64,000 nucleotides of DNA from Paraspadella gotoi (taxonomy: Eukaryota; Animalia; Chaetognatha). The notes beneath the pieces are model-generated. The model made no database searches. It saw nothing but the letters and a program-made list of their open reading frames with translations, and was not told the DNA's origin. The translations under genes were made by a program, and so were the position numbers. Below, in pieces: positions 15,085 through 27,131 of the stretch. Within the stretch, counting starts at the first letter, position 1. Each line of letters begins with the position of its first letter. The stretch spans positions 10,241,720-10,305,719 of the forward strand of contig CM119265.1 in NCBI GenBank assembly GCA_051294375.1, read 5' to 3'.

Positions 15085-15680
15085 AACCAATTATTTATGT
15101 AATAGTAATTAATTTATGTAATAGCAATTGATTGATGTAATAGTAATTGATCTATGTAATAGCAATTGATTGATGTAATAGCAATTGATTGATGTAATAG
15201 TAATTGATTGCTGTAATAGTAATTGATTGATGTAATAGATATTGATTGATATAATAGCAATTCATTGATGTAATAGTAATTGATTGATGTAATAGCAATT
15301 GATTGATGTAATAGTAATTATGTGATAAAATAGTAATTGATTGATGTAATAGTAATTGATTGATGTAATAATAATAGATTGATATAATAGTAATTGATTG
15401 ATATAATAGCAATTTATTTATGTAATAGCAATTGATTGATGTAATAGCAATTGATTAATGTAATAGTAATTGATTGCTGTAATAATAATTGATTATTGAA
15501 GAGATGATAACCAATTATTGATGCGATGATAACCAATTATTGATGGGATGATAACCAATTATTGATACGATGATAACCAATTATTAATACGATGATAACC
15601 AAATGATTGATGTGATGCCAATTATTAATACGATGATAACCAAATGATGGATGCGATGATAGTCATTCATTGATGCCATG
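15085..15680 (+). repeat. Compound minisatellite: about 20-bp unit (aattgattgatgtaatagc/t), then about 21-bp unit (gatgataaccaattattgatgc)
   Basis: Tandem periodicity is directly visible. Confidence 0.92.
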
Positions 15681-16093
15681 TGTCATTCATCGTAAATAAA
15701 ACATGCATGTATGAGTGAGAGAGAGAGAGAAAGACAGAGAGAGAGAAAAAAAATATAGAGAGAAACTGGACAGCCACTGCAGAGCTGAACTCGTTTTAAG
15801 ACGAATCAGAAGAGGCAGCGACGGAAAAAAAGAGAGAGAGAGAGTGACATATAATTAAAAGAGAGAGAGAGAGAGAAAAAGAGAGAGAGATAGAGAGAAG
15901 CTGGACAGCCGTTGGACAGCCACTTTATATATATAACAAGTTTGATCAAACAATGTCGGATCTGCCTAAGCTAATTCGATGATAAATCATGGTAATTTTT
16001 CTGACTCTCAATTTGTGATTATAACAAATTATAATAGACTTCTTAATAAATCTATGAAAAAATCTATAAATCAATTGATCAATCAATCATTAA

Positions 16094-17123
16094 CAGAGGC
16101 TGCGCCAATACCAACTTGCATAATTTGGCCAACTTTCTCAGGGGGCCCGGGATGGCCCTGAGAAGAGAGAAAAAAGAAGGAAAGAAAGAAGAAAAAAAGA
16201 AGAAAAAAAAGAAGAAGAAAAAAAAAAAGAAGTTTGAGCACTGGAACGATTTTTAAAAATAAAAACTAAAATTATGGAGAGCGAGGTCTTTTTATAAAAT
16301 CAGGCAGTGTGGGGGGCACAGTGATCCAAAAAAAAAATTAAAACAGGAGAAAAGCCACTTGAACATACGGGCATAAATGCATATTCAGTCTTTCCATAGT
16401 AATGGTACAAAGTACACAGTTTCCAAAAATTATTCTTTCTCAAGTTATAAGCAAATCTCTATTTTGAGTGAGTCTTTGAGAGGTTTGTTTCACCCAGATG
16501 GGTGGAAGAGAAAAATTATTTGACTTTGTTATGATTAAAGCTCTTTGTCTAGTTTGTTAACAAATAAAAAAAAGATATTTATATTATGTCACTATGTATG
16601 ATATGAAAAACATAGTAAAAACTCATCGAATTTCAGCCGATTTCAATCAACCAGATTTAGTTCCTAATGATACATCTTCTCACTAATCAGTTACCAATTA
16701 AATCTCATCCGCATTCGTCCACCATTTTGAGAAATCCAAAAATGCTTTTCATTCCAAAAATAATAAAAAAGATTTTCCGATCTTAATTTGCTTAAAGATT
16801 AAAATATAATAAAGAAAAAAATATTAAGTTGGGTCACTTTCTTTTTAATATCAAAATTATAAATCAAAAGTTGTTCAATTATCATAAATGATAACCAAAT
16901 TTGGCAGTAAATGAATTTTTTCTCAATATTTTTTCAAATCACTTTTTATTATCTGAAACGTTTCTAACAACCTTAGAGGGCATCTATGATAACCAACATA
17001 CGAAAAAAAGTTGTTTTTGCCAAAAAAGAGAGGTTTATTCGGAAATTAAGGCCATTTGGATCACTGTGGGGGGGGGCGACTAGGAGGCCAGTGGGGGGCT
17101 CGCCATTTCTCTCGCCGCCTCTG
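16094..17123. mobile_element. Possible hAT-like non-autonomous element
   Basis: Terminal inverted repeats CAGAGGCTGCG / CAGAGGCGGCG with G-rich subterminal blocks. No 8-bp target-site duplication is recognisable. Confidence 0.35.
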
Positions 17124-17296
17124 AAGAAGAAATATAAGAAAGAATATAAAAGAATTTATAATTTAATCTAACATATAGTCAAATATATTACCCTTTTACA
17201 TTCATTATAAAATTTAATCTAATTAATTTTTTTTATTTTGTTATTATATTTTTTTCTCAAAGTTTTAAGTTGCATTGGTCTCCAATATAACAAGTC

Positions 17297-17368
17297 GGGG
17301 ATGTAGCTCAGTGGTAGAGCGCTCGCTTCGCATGTGAGAAGTCCGGGGTTCAATCCCCCGCATCTCCA
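17297..17368 (+). tRNA. tRNA-Ala(CGC)
   Basis: Canonical cloverleaf, anticodon CGC, TTTT terminator. Confidence 0.95.
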
Positions 17369-17635
17369 CTTTTGATAATAATTAAAGGCAATAATCTCAT
17401 CAGATTTAGCTATTTGTGGCTAATACAAGATAATTAACAAAAATGTTTATTTCCAGATAATAACAATGTGACAGGAAGAATTCTTAAGAGGCACACAAAG
17501 AATCATAATTTAAATTGTAATAAAAATTCATATTGAAGTAATCCTTTCTTTTTCGTTGTTAGTAGTGATTAGAGAATTGTTTTTGTTTACAACGAATTTT
17601 ATCTTAATTAAATTTAATTAATTTAATTTAATTAA

Positions 17636-17678
17636 AACGCTGATGAAGGCTTGTAAAGCAAGTCGAAACATGTCCGTT
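17636..17678 (+). ncRNA. Minimal type-I hammerhead ribozyme (Penelope-like-element type) at the apex of a fold-back spanning 17569-17726
   Basis: AACG-CUGAUGA-A-GGCUUG-uaaag-CAAGUC-GAA-ACAUGU-C-CGUU. Stem I is AACG/CGUU, stem II has 6 bp, stem III is the palindrome ACAUGU, and the GUC cleavage triplet is at 17672-17674. Confidence 0.85.
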
Positions 17679-17945
17679 CAATTAAAATAAAATTCGTTGC
17701 AAACAAAAACTTTGTCAATTCTCTAATAAAAATTCAAAACAAGAAAATTCAAGAACAAAAAGCAAAGCGGCTGTCGTTGATCGAGCTGCCATTCAGTAAA
17801 AAGAAAACTAAAGAATGTGTGAAGCAATCTGGGAGAGCAAAGTTTTTGTCTACTGTGAGTCATCTCAAAAGTTTAATTTCAGTTTCAAATGGACCATCAC
17901 TGATTTGAAAAGAGTCGTCAATCCCAAAATGAAGAAACCGGTAGG

Positions 17946-20900
17946 CTAAAGGAAAACGACGGTGTAGTCGTCAAAGGCTCCCCACCCTTTTTTGTGCGAC
18001 TCGTGCGGCAAGAAGATGTCGTCGATCGGCACCTCTAGTGCAAAGTCTTCCTTGGCGCCTTTGAGTCTATAAAGGAGCCGGTCGCAGCCGCGAGTCTTGG
18101 CGGCGATCTCGTCGACGGGGATGTAACCGGCCGGTTCAACCTCTACATCGGCTTTCTTGTGATACTTGCCCCAGAATCGACTGGACCCGAAGCGAACGCG
18201 CACTGAAGGTTAAGAAAGAAATTAATATGCTTTTCTTTTTTATCAATTCTTAAAATCAGTCATACATAATAAACATTAAACTAAATTGCCTTGCCTTTTT
18301 TTCGCGTTAACCCTCTTTTACTCGAAGAAGACGGACTTCGATCAGTAGCGTTTCCTGTTAAACAAATGAGAAAGTTAACAATATAGACAATATAGTCAAA
18401 AGAGGTCAAGGCGCCTGAAGGAGCAGAGGATTGGTTTTTTTTCCATTTCGAGGAATTTTTCATTTTTGTTTAAACTTTTGACAACGAATGTCGTTTGATG
18501 TCACTGCAGGCTGAGACCTCGAAGGGAGAATTATCGGACCTCTTTATATATATTCTTGAGTTGCTGTTATATTCTTGCCATCGTTTTCGGTTACAGAAAA
18601 TTAAAAATGAGAAATAGAAAAATAAAATTGGTAATAGAAACAAAGGTGTCTTTTAACAGAGTGTCTTAAGCAACATATTAATAATTAGGGAGCCATATTA
18701 AGATTTGCGATTTAAATACTTTTCTATTGTCCATTTTATTGATAATATAAGTAAATACTCTAACATGTAAATTAGATTTTTCCACCACTTGTGCTTTTAT
18801 TTTCGACACATAAGCCGCAAGCGCATTGCGCAATCCAGCTCCGGGAGACCAAAAAGTCGAAATGCGCTTTTGTTTTCCCGGATTCAACTAGTGTTCAACT
18901 AGAGTTAGTGATACAACCGTTCAATATAAACAGTCCCTGAGATTCGAAGCAGGAAATAACACCATGTCTTAAAAGCGAGGCGGCTACCGGGCTAGAACCC
19001 GGTTAGGAGAACGAATGACTTTCCTCCGGTACCAATGACATCTAGGAAAATTTAGCGGATTTTAGGACACCAGAATTATAATATTTAAATTAAATCAATA
19101 TTGATATAAAAGCTGATAATTTCTGATTGTAAATCATTATATTAATTTATAATATGAAAAATACGTAAACAAAAAGTTTAGTCAGGTGAAACATAATTAA
19201 CGAAGCGAAAAAATTATCACCATTTTATTTATTACGCTTCATATTTATTTCTGATTCAATCGAGATAAATACATATTAAATAGATGAATAAGTATTAAGT
19301 AATAGTATGAAAAAAAGTTGCATTCATATTTTTGCAGCTAATTGGACAGGATCCTGTTTATGTCCTCATTAACTTAAAGGCAAGGTCATGCTTCTCCTTG
19401 TCGAAGAACAAATACGTAATTAACTATAAAGTAAGGATAATGATTTCGAGAAGAATAACTCTTTTTTTTCTCAGCAGGTTAATTACAAATAATGTATTAA
19501 TGATTAATAATTACGCACATGACTTACATTTTATACAATTAAATCAATAAAAACAATATACTACTGTCCTGTGCAAAAAAAGTCAGACTTTAAAAATTTT
19601 TTTAAAAAATTTCAAAAGTGATTTAAAGTTTATTGAAAGATGATAAGTTTGGCATTAATTTTATTAAAATTGGGCTATCCGTTTAAAAGCAATGATTTTT
19701 TTTTAAAACGAAGTAATCTACCAAAAAGCTGAATATAAAAAAATCTGATAGATTTAAGACTAATCTTTTTTCTTCTGATATTTTGCAATACTTGAAATAG
19801 ATTAAAAATCTTTAAAAATTATAGTAGATATCCGGAGGGATAGCTGGATAACTTTATTTCCCCAAATACCTAAATAATAATCTTAAAATTATTAAAACAT
19901 ATGATAAAAAACAAATCCATAATTCTGAAGCTTTTACACGGATTTCAAATAGGAGTGAAATAAAATGATCTAAATTATCTGATATAGCGACTTCAGATTT
20001 TGCACTTTAGTAAAAAAATCGTTAATATTTTTGTATTTTCGAATTCCCAGTAGTCCAGCTTATTTACTTTCTTAGTTATGTACTTATCAATAGCATGATC
20101 AAATTTTGTAAAAAAAATTTTTTTTGCATTTGAATAGGACCTTTTTATTATAAGATAATAAGATATATTTGTGGCGAATCGATGAATTCGCCAACTTCTT
20201 CCAATGGCCCCAAAGGCGTAGAGACAATGGAACCGGCGTTGGGTCTTCCTCGCGGAGTCGTTAATACGAATGTTTCATAACAAAGTTCTTAATTTGTTCA
20301 CTGTTAAAATCTGGTACCTTAATGAAACAATCAAAGCATATAGATATTCTATATGCATTAACAAATAAAGACAAAAACAAGTAATGCTATCAATAATCAA
20401 TAAACGTTAACAATTAAAAGCTCTGTCAAAACATTACAAAATAATATTGGTAAGGTTCTAAAAATAGAACCATGAACTACTGCTAGTTATATGTGAATAG
20501 GTTATAAAGGAAAAATAAAATATCTATTAAATAAGTACCAGAGTGTTGTGAACCATTACAGTTACAGTAGAGTCCCAGGATCAAATCTGGGAGATGGTTA
20601 TTTTAGTTTACAAAATAATTGTGTCTATTGAAAGGCAAAGAAAGAGGGATCGAATCCTACATAATTTTTATAAAAAAAATGAAATGTTTTAAAATTTCTG
20701 TTCATTTTAGAGATATAAACATTGGAATATGTGTCTGAGCAATCTGAGTGTCAAAAAAAAAATGACAACCTTTTCCATTTTATAATTTTTTTAAAAATCT
20801 GTGTAAATAAGTCGATTTTCCCCATTTGGTTTTGGAACACTCAAGTTTAAAAATCATATCTCCTAAACCACTTGACCGATTTTAATAAAATTTAAATACA

Positions 20901-23475
20901 TTAATTCTTTATATAATTTTTAAAAATGTTTTTATAAAGCGTTTGGAAAAGTTATAAAGTGGCGCGTTTTTTTTGTTTTTTGTTTTTTTTTCCTTCATTG
21001 ATAGGGAAGCCAGGTACTCTGTGAGTTAATAAACTAGACGGTGAGAGAGTCTTGATTATAAGCTTGCTGGGTTCTGCTATGTAATAAAGTCGATGACAAG
21101 ATAAATTATTTATTTATTTTCAATATCATTCAAGTCATCGAACATTCTTCGCTCCTCCACTCACCGACGGCGACGAACTCGCAGTCATCCCATTTTTTCT
21201 CCTCTGGAGGAAAGCAGACCCTCTCTTTCCGGCAAACGTGGTTGCCGTCTTGGTACTTGACGGTGCGCACGTCGGCGTCTTTCCATTTCCGGCAAAGACG
21301 CCGGACGTCGGCTCCGCGAACGAATCCCTCGGCGTCTATGGGGACCAGAATCTCATGGTTGTCGCCGTTCTCTTCGTCGCGGACAAAGAATCGTACTGAA
21401 GGAAACGAAGTAAAAATATTTCTATGAAAATTAGCAAAATTATTTGTTTCACTATCTTATATTTTTATATTTTATGAATGTTTTACTTTTTAATCTATAT
21501 TATTTAATTATATATAATACTTATTTAAAAGTTTTTTTACTTATTATATCTAAAAAATATCTAATAACTAATTTGGGATGTAGAGGTCAGTGTGTTTCTG
21601 GTAATAGAGGGAGCATCTATACAACACTAGGTCTTAGTTTTCTAATAGATATCACACATCATTCCTGTTAAAAAGTCATTAATGAAAAATTGATGATATC
21701 TAAAAGGCTATATAATGAATTTGGATTTATGATTTATGATATTTCATTAAACAGAGTATAATATCTATAGAAATTTAACGCACGTAATCACATCTTAAGA
21801 TACAAAATTAGGTTGTACGGTTTTTCAATCACATGGGTACGTAAATTACAATTTACAAATTACAATTACAATTTATAAATTATGTTTGCATACAAACAAA
21901 AAATCGCAAGTAGCAGAATATTAGGTTTCAGCGCACTTTATGATATTCATATCGGTTTCGCTTCATTAGTTGATGGTTGTGGTAAAAAGCGGTTCGATAA
22001 TATCTCTAAACTGAAAGCTGATTAAAATTTTTTTTTAATGCATCATAAAATCAAAATCCGAAATATGTCATGTAGCGAATTATATTTTTTTAACAATTAA
22101 AAATCATTTGGGGTAACCGTCACTTGATAGTGAAGAAACAACGAAAATTGTTGCTGCAAAACAGGGACTTAACATCAATCTTTTTTTCGCTCTTTTCACT
22201 GTTGTATCACACGGCGTCTAATTTAATTACTGAACGCTGATTTCATAAACGACAACTGAAAAGGATCTCGGCTTTCGTGATGGACAACGACATGCGTGTC
22301 GCAACAAAATCCTAATGCGAATGGGCAGAACCGAGGATCAGAATCGTAATTGAATCAGAAGCAATTTTCTATCTCCGCCGAAAGATGTGGATCAAAGAGG
22401 GAAGCAACCGATAGAAAATGGCTGAGGAATGAGGATGGAAATTTTATGAACGAGCGAACACAAACAAGTTATTTGTAATCTTTCATCATTTACTTGTGTT
22501 TATCGTCTTGATTTATGATAATTAGAAAGACTATCTCAAACTTTTGACTTTAATTCAGTCAGTACTTTTTAAAAGATAAACTTGCGCATATTTATACAGG
22601 AAATAAACGGTGTGGCAATAAATTTGCCAATAAATTTAATAAATTAGGAAAAAAAAGTACGTGTAAGTATGCAAAATCACGAGAACCCTCAAGAGAATAA
22701 TTCTCTGAATAAACAAAGATTTTTTTTATTTAGGTAAACACCTTGCTCCTAGAAACAAGAAAAAACGCAAAAATTGTTTTAGCATTAGTAAAAACTTTTT
22801 AAATAAAATCTATTGATAAAAAATAATAATTTATTTTAAACTATATCGTAAATTAAGAAATAACCTATATTTAAAATATTTATATTAAAAATCCTTTTTA
22901 CAAATTCTTTTAAATTCCAAATTATTACTATAGACACAAAATTTTTATATAAAATACTTATATTTTTATTTTTAGAGCTATCAATTATTATTATTAAATA
23001 TAATATATACTTAATATTAAGTTTACTTTATCATAAGAAAAACTAATAATACCTGGAAATATTAACCTTAATTAAAATTTTATCAAAATCTTATAAAAGC
23101 CATACCTTAAAATATTAGACTTTGCATATCAACACATACACAAGAGCCTTCCTCAACAAACGTCAACGATTTTATTCCCACTAACTCTGTAAGAGGTATT
23201 CTCGATATGAAATCCTATCCAATTGTATGAGACTGAAACAAATTAATATAATAAAAATTAAAAACTTTAATAAAAAAACTTTGATGAAAAACCGTAACAA
23301 ATTCCGAAGTTAATACCAGGCGCTCATTTTAAGAACGGACGAAATACATCAAAAAATTTTAAAAACTTTAAAAAAAATATCTAATTATATAAAAAAAGAC
23401 CGTAATCATTATTAAAATACACGAACGTTTACTACCTCTAGTCGGAGATTTTTGCCTAAGCAATTGGTCGGCCAT
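17946..23475 (-). CDS. Small protein(s) made of TDP-43 N-terminal-domain-like modules; candidate exons 23475-23436, 21395-21165, 18354-18295, 18202-17946 (one two-domain gene or two one-domain genes)
   Basis: GC-rich exons with phase-1 junctions. 'EVEPAGYIPVDEIAAKTRGCDRLLYR...GWGAFDDYTVVF' and 'EILVPIDAEGFVRGADV...VKYQ...CFPPEEKKWDDCEFVAV' resemble the TDP-43 NTD pattern (IEIPSEDDGTVLLSTV...GACGLRYR...APDAGWGNLVYVV). Exon joining is inferred. Confidence 0.55.
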
Positions 23476-24309
23476 GTTTGAGAAGATGGGTGTGGCTTGT
23501 AAGTTATCGTGAAAATCGGCGGAGTTGGACGAAAAATCTGGACGCAGACGCTTTAAAACGTCATTTTTTAACGCGATTTTCGAAATCTACTACCATCGTT
23601 TTCCGCAAAACATTGTCATTTCGCCAGATTTAATGAAAATGGGTGATTAAAAAAACTCGTCCTCTCTGGTTCGAACAGCAGATTGAAAACGACGCAAAAC
23701 TCGTTTCTTTCTGTTTATCGTCAAAAGAGAAAAATTGAGTCGTCATTAACGTGGACGAAGAAAGTCTCCACCGTCGCCAATGACCGCGTCCCTCGGCAGA
23801 AGATGTCTCTTTCAATTTCCAGGTTTTTTTTTTCTCCCTCGTCGAGAGAGGAGAAAATTCAAACGTTGCACCAGAGGATGAGGAGGAAGAAGAGAAGGAA
23901 GAGGAGGAGGAGGAAGAAGACGAGGGGGACTTTAAGACGTTCCAAAACAGGTATACTGATAGCGGGAGAATCACCGAAGAGGAACCGAGATGCACGTGAG
24001 ATGCGAGGGAAATTTTTATTCTATCTTTCGTCTTGGTTTCGCGCGCGCGATGAAAATAGGATTGAAACCTGCTGGGTCGGTCGGGGATATATATATATTT
24101 TTATTGTCGTCGTTGTTGTCGAACACGGCAGACATAAATCTCGTTTTATGCTTTTTTTTTATTTTCAAAGCTGAAACCTTTTTTATTTTTATTTTGAGCC
24201 AAGATAAGATTTCGACGAATAAGTTCGAAACAAAGTTGAAACTTTTTTTTTTTTTGCAATTAATTCGTCGAAGCTACGACGAAGAGTCAAGGGAAGGGGG
24301 AAAAGAGAA

Positions 24310-24364
<55 letters not shown>

Positions 24365-24768
24365 TTAATTTAAAGAAAGCGATAAAGATAAAGATGAGTC
24401 GGCGGTGGGCAGGTGAAAATCGAGATCTCAGGTTCAAATTACGAGGAAGGGGGAAGTTAGCTTTGGATTTGGAAGATGTTTTAACTTTGTCAGAGCTCTG
24501 AAACTTATTTTTTTGTTAGGGGGGCGGACTTTATAAGTTTTTTAAATTTTTGTTTGCATGACTGTTTGCAGGTTCTAAGTCAAAAAGAAACGATGTCAAA
24601 GTCGAAAACCGGTTAAACTTCCTCAATCCTGTTAAAACGGAATTGACTTAGAATTTTGAATCGCTAATCGTCGTCGTTGTTGTTGTCGTTGCAGTCGTTG
24701 TGTCACTCGGAAATAAAAAATAAACGAGAGCAAAACAGTTGGAGAGAGAGAGAGAGGAGGAGAGAGAG

Positions 24769-24861
<93 letters not shown>
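24310..24861 (+). repeat. Two (GA)n microsatellites (24310-24360 and 24742-24861)
   Basis: Dinucleotide runs. Confidence 0.95.
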
Positions 24862-24865
<4 letters not shown>

Positions 24866-25758
24866 GGTCTAAAAGTCCGAAATGCGGGATAGCGAGGGGA
24901 GCCAAAAATGTTTTGAGAAAAAAGTGCCCTTAGTAACGAAAGGGTTGAACTTTTGATTTTTTATTTTTGAATGACATTTGTTAAGAGCTGCATATGAATC
25001 TGATAACATGATCTATCCACCACGACTCTTAATGGATATTACACAAAACACACGCTGACAAAAAACAAAAAAAAACAAACATCGATTGTTTGAGTGCGAA
25101 AGAGAAAGAGAGGAGAGAGCCATGCAGGCGGAGAGTGATGAAATATCACACCGGGACTGTTGAGTGTTCACTGATTTTATTTCCGAAAATTATGAGATTT
25201 ATGAGGAAAAATTAACGTCAACTTTAGACAGCAGCAAAAAAAAGTTAAAAAAAAAAGAAGAAAAAACTTTTATCAAAGTCTGATGACTCAAATCAGCAAA
25301 CTTTAGGCTTGAGCTTTACAAAAAGTTTTTGGTTTTTACATAGACCTCCCCCTCTGAAAGAAAAACCTTATCACTTTTCAACGAAGCTATCTTTCAGTTA
25401 CACCCCCCCCCCAATCCTCCCAAGAGGCGTTCAAGAATAGAGGGGCGTGAAAAGGCACGGAAACCTCCGGGCGGGAAGCGAGGGGGTTGGGGGGAGAGGG
25501 ACAAGGGGGGACTAGCGGCTGCCCTCTGAGAGAAAAAGCTCGTCTTTGCTTGTTGGTTTTCGCCATTTGGGCCAATTAGCGCAATGTGTGTTTCCTTGGG
25601 CGATCGTGTAACAAATACCTCTGAGATCTAACTCGATGTATCGATTCGAAACAAAAAATCTCATTTCTTTATATACAAATGTTGGAAAATAGTGAAAACC
25701 ATACAAGTGAAGGATCGTTTTAAACACAAAACCGTAATCACTAACCAGCAATCACTTA

Positions 25759-26488
25759 CAGAAGGCTTCATATTATAAAATTAGGTACCCCTTTTTTGTG
25801 ACCAGAACCCGTTCCGAAAAAAAACTACTGGATCAAATCTATTGAAATTTGGTATGAACGATCCCTATGTGAATACAAATAGAACTATCGAGACGAATTT
25901 CAATATTAGACCCCTAAGCCGAGATATGGGGCCCCGGAGGGGTCACCCATAGGGGCAAAAAATGATAAAATTTTTTTTTCAAATTTATTCATTTTTGTTT
26001 TAAACAGTTGCATAGACGTTTACACTTCCACAAAAACGTAGTTATTACCTAAAAAATATTGATTTACCATAATTTTCAGCTTCATGAACATCAGCAGTTC
26101 AAGTCAGATTAGGAATAATTTTGAAAAATTGGAAGTAAAACGATGAACCATGCATCTTCAAACAATGCTTAATTAACGAAAACTTATCAATTTTAGTTCT
26201 AAAATAAATTTTTTTATATGTTTAAAACGTCAATGCATCTGATGCTACGAAAAATTTTAAAAAAATTAAAAACAAATTTGTAGCTTTTTTCGGCCCCCCA
26301 GGGGTCCACCCCCAGGGCCTTGTATCTCTTGTCAGGTGTTGAATATCAAAATTCGCCTCAATAGTTCCATTTATATTGTCATGAGGACTCTATATATAAA
26401 TTTTCATGAAATTCGATCGGGTAGTTTGGTGGGAACAGATTCTGGTCTCAAAAAAGGGTTGCCTAATTTTATAATATGAAGCCCTCAG
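25759..26488. mobile_element. Tc1/mariner-type MITE with imperfect terminal inverted repeats of about 190 bp and TA target duplication; duplicate at about 36369-37093, single arm at 49435-49605
   Basis: Left end TA|CAGAAGGCTTCATATTATAAAATTAGG. Right end, reverse complemented, TA|CTGAGGGCTTCATATTATAAAATTAGG. No ORF. Confidence 0.85.
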
Positions 26489-27131
26489 TATTTTTTAAAT
26501 TTAATTCTAAAAAAGTTTTTTTGTACGCACAGATTTGAGTTAAAAATATTTAAAAAGACTAAATAGAAACAGGAGCAATAGTCGTTTTCGGCATTTTTAT
26601 AAAATTATAAAATGAAAAATAAGAAATAATTTCCAATGCATAACCGTTGTTCCGCTATATAATAAATTTGAGTATCTTCCTTTGATTTGTAAATCAATTT
26701 AAAAATTCTTAACTTTTGAAACTTAAAACTTATACTTTATCAACAACTCAACCCATACAGATTTATCCCTAAAGAAAAAGAAGCATGCAACGTAGAACGC
26801 CAATCTGCAACGACGAGTAAAGAAGCCATTGCAAGTTGGTATGCGCGCTGCGCAGTTGCGCACATGTAAAGCATTTTAACTATGTCTCGTCTGTATAGAC
26901 TGTTTTCTTCAATATTTAAAAAATTTACAAACTTTCAAAGATGAGTAGCTGTTAGAGATACGTCAATTAACAATTTACATCCGACTGTATCGTTTTATTT
27001 TTTTCAATTAACTATGATTGACGGAAAAGAATTTCACGGTGTAAAAAGAAGAACCCGGATCGAAATTGTGAACTACGGATGTAATTTAATGTAACTGAAC
27101 CTCGGATATAATTCTTGCTTATTGTCGCAAG

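Noticed and set aside
20540-20660. tRNA-like or SINE-like remnants
   Set aside because: Only partial B-box-like strings are present, with no cloverleaf and no second copy in the window.
23683-23950. Possible plus-strand acidic exon diverging from the 23475 start
   Set aside because: No start codon or downstream exons could be linked to it, and the sequence is low complexity.
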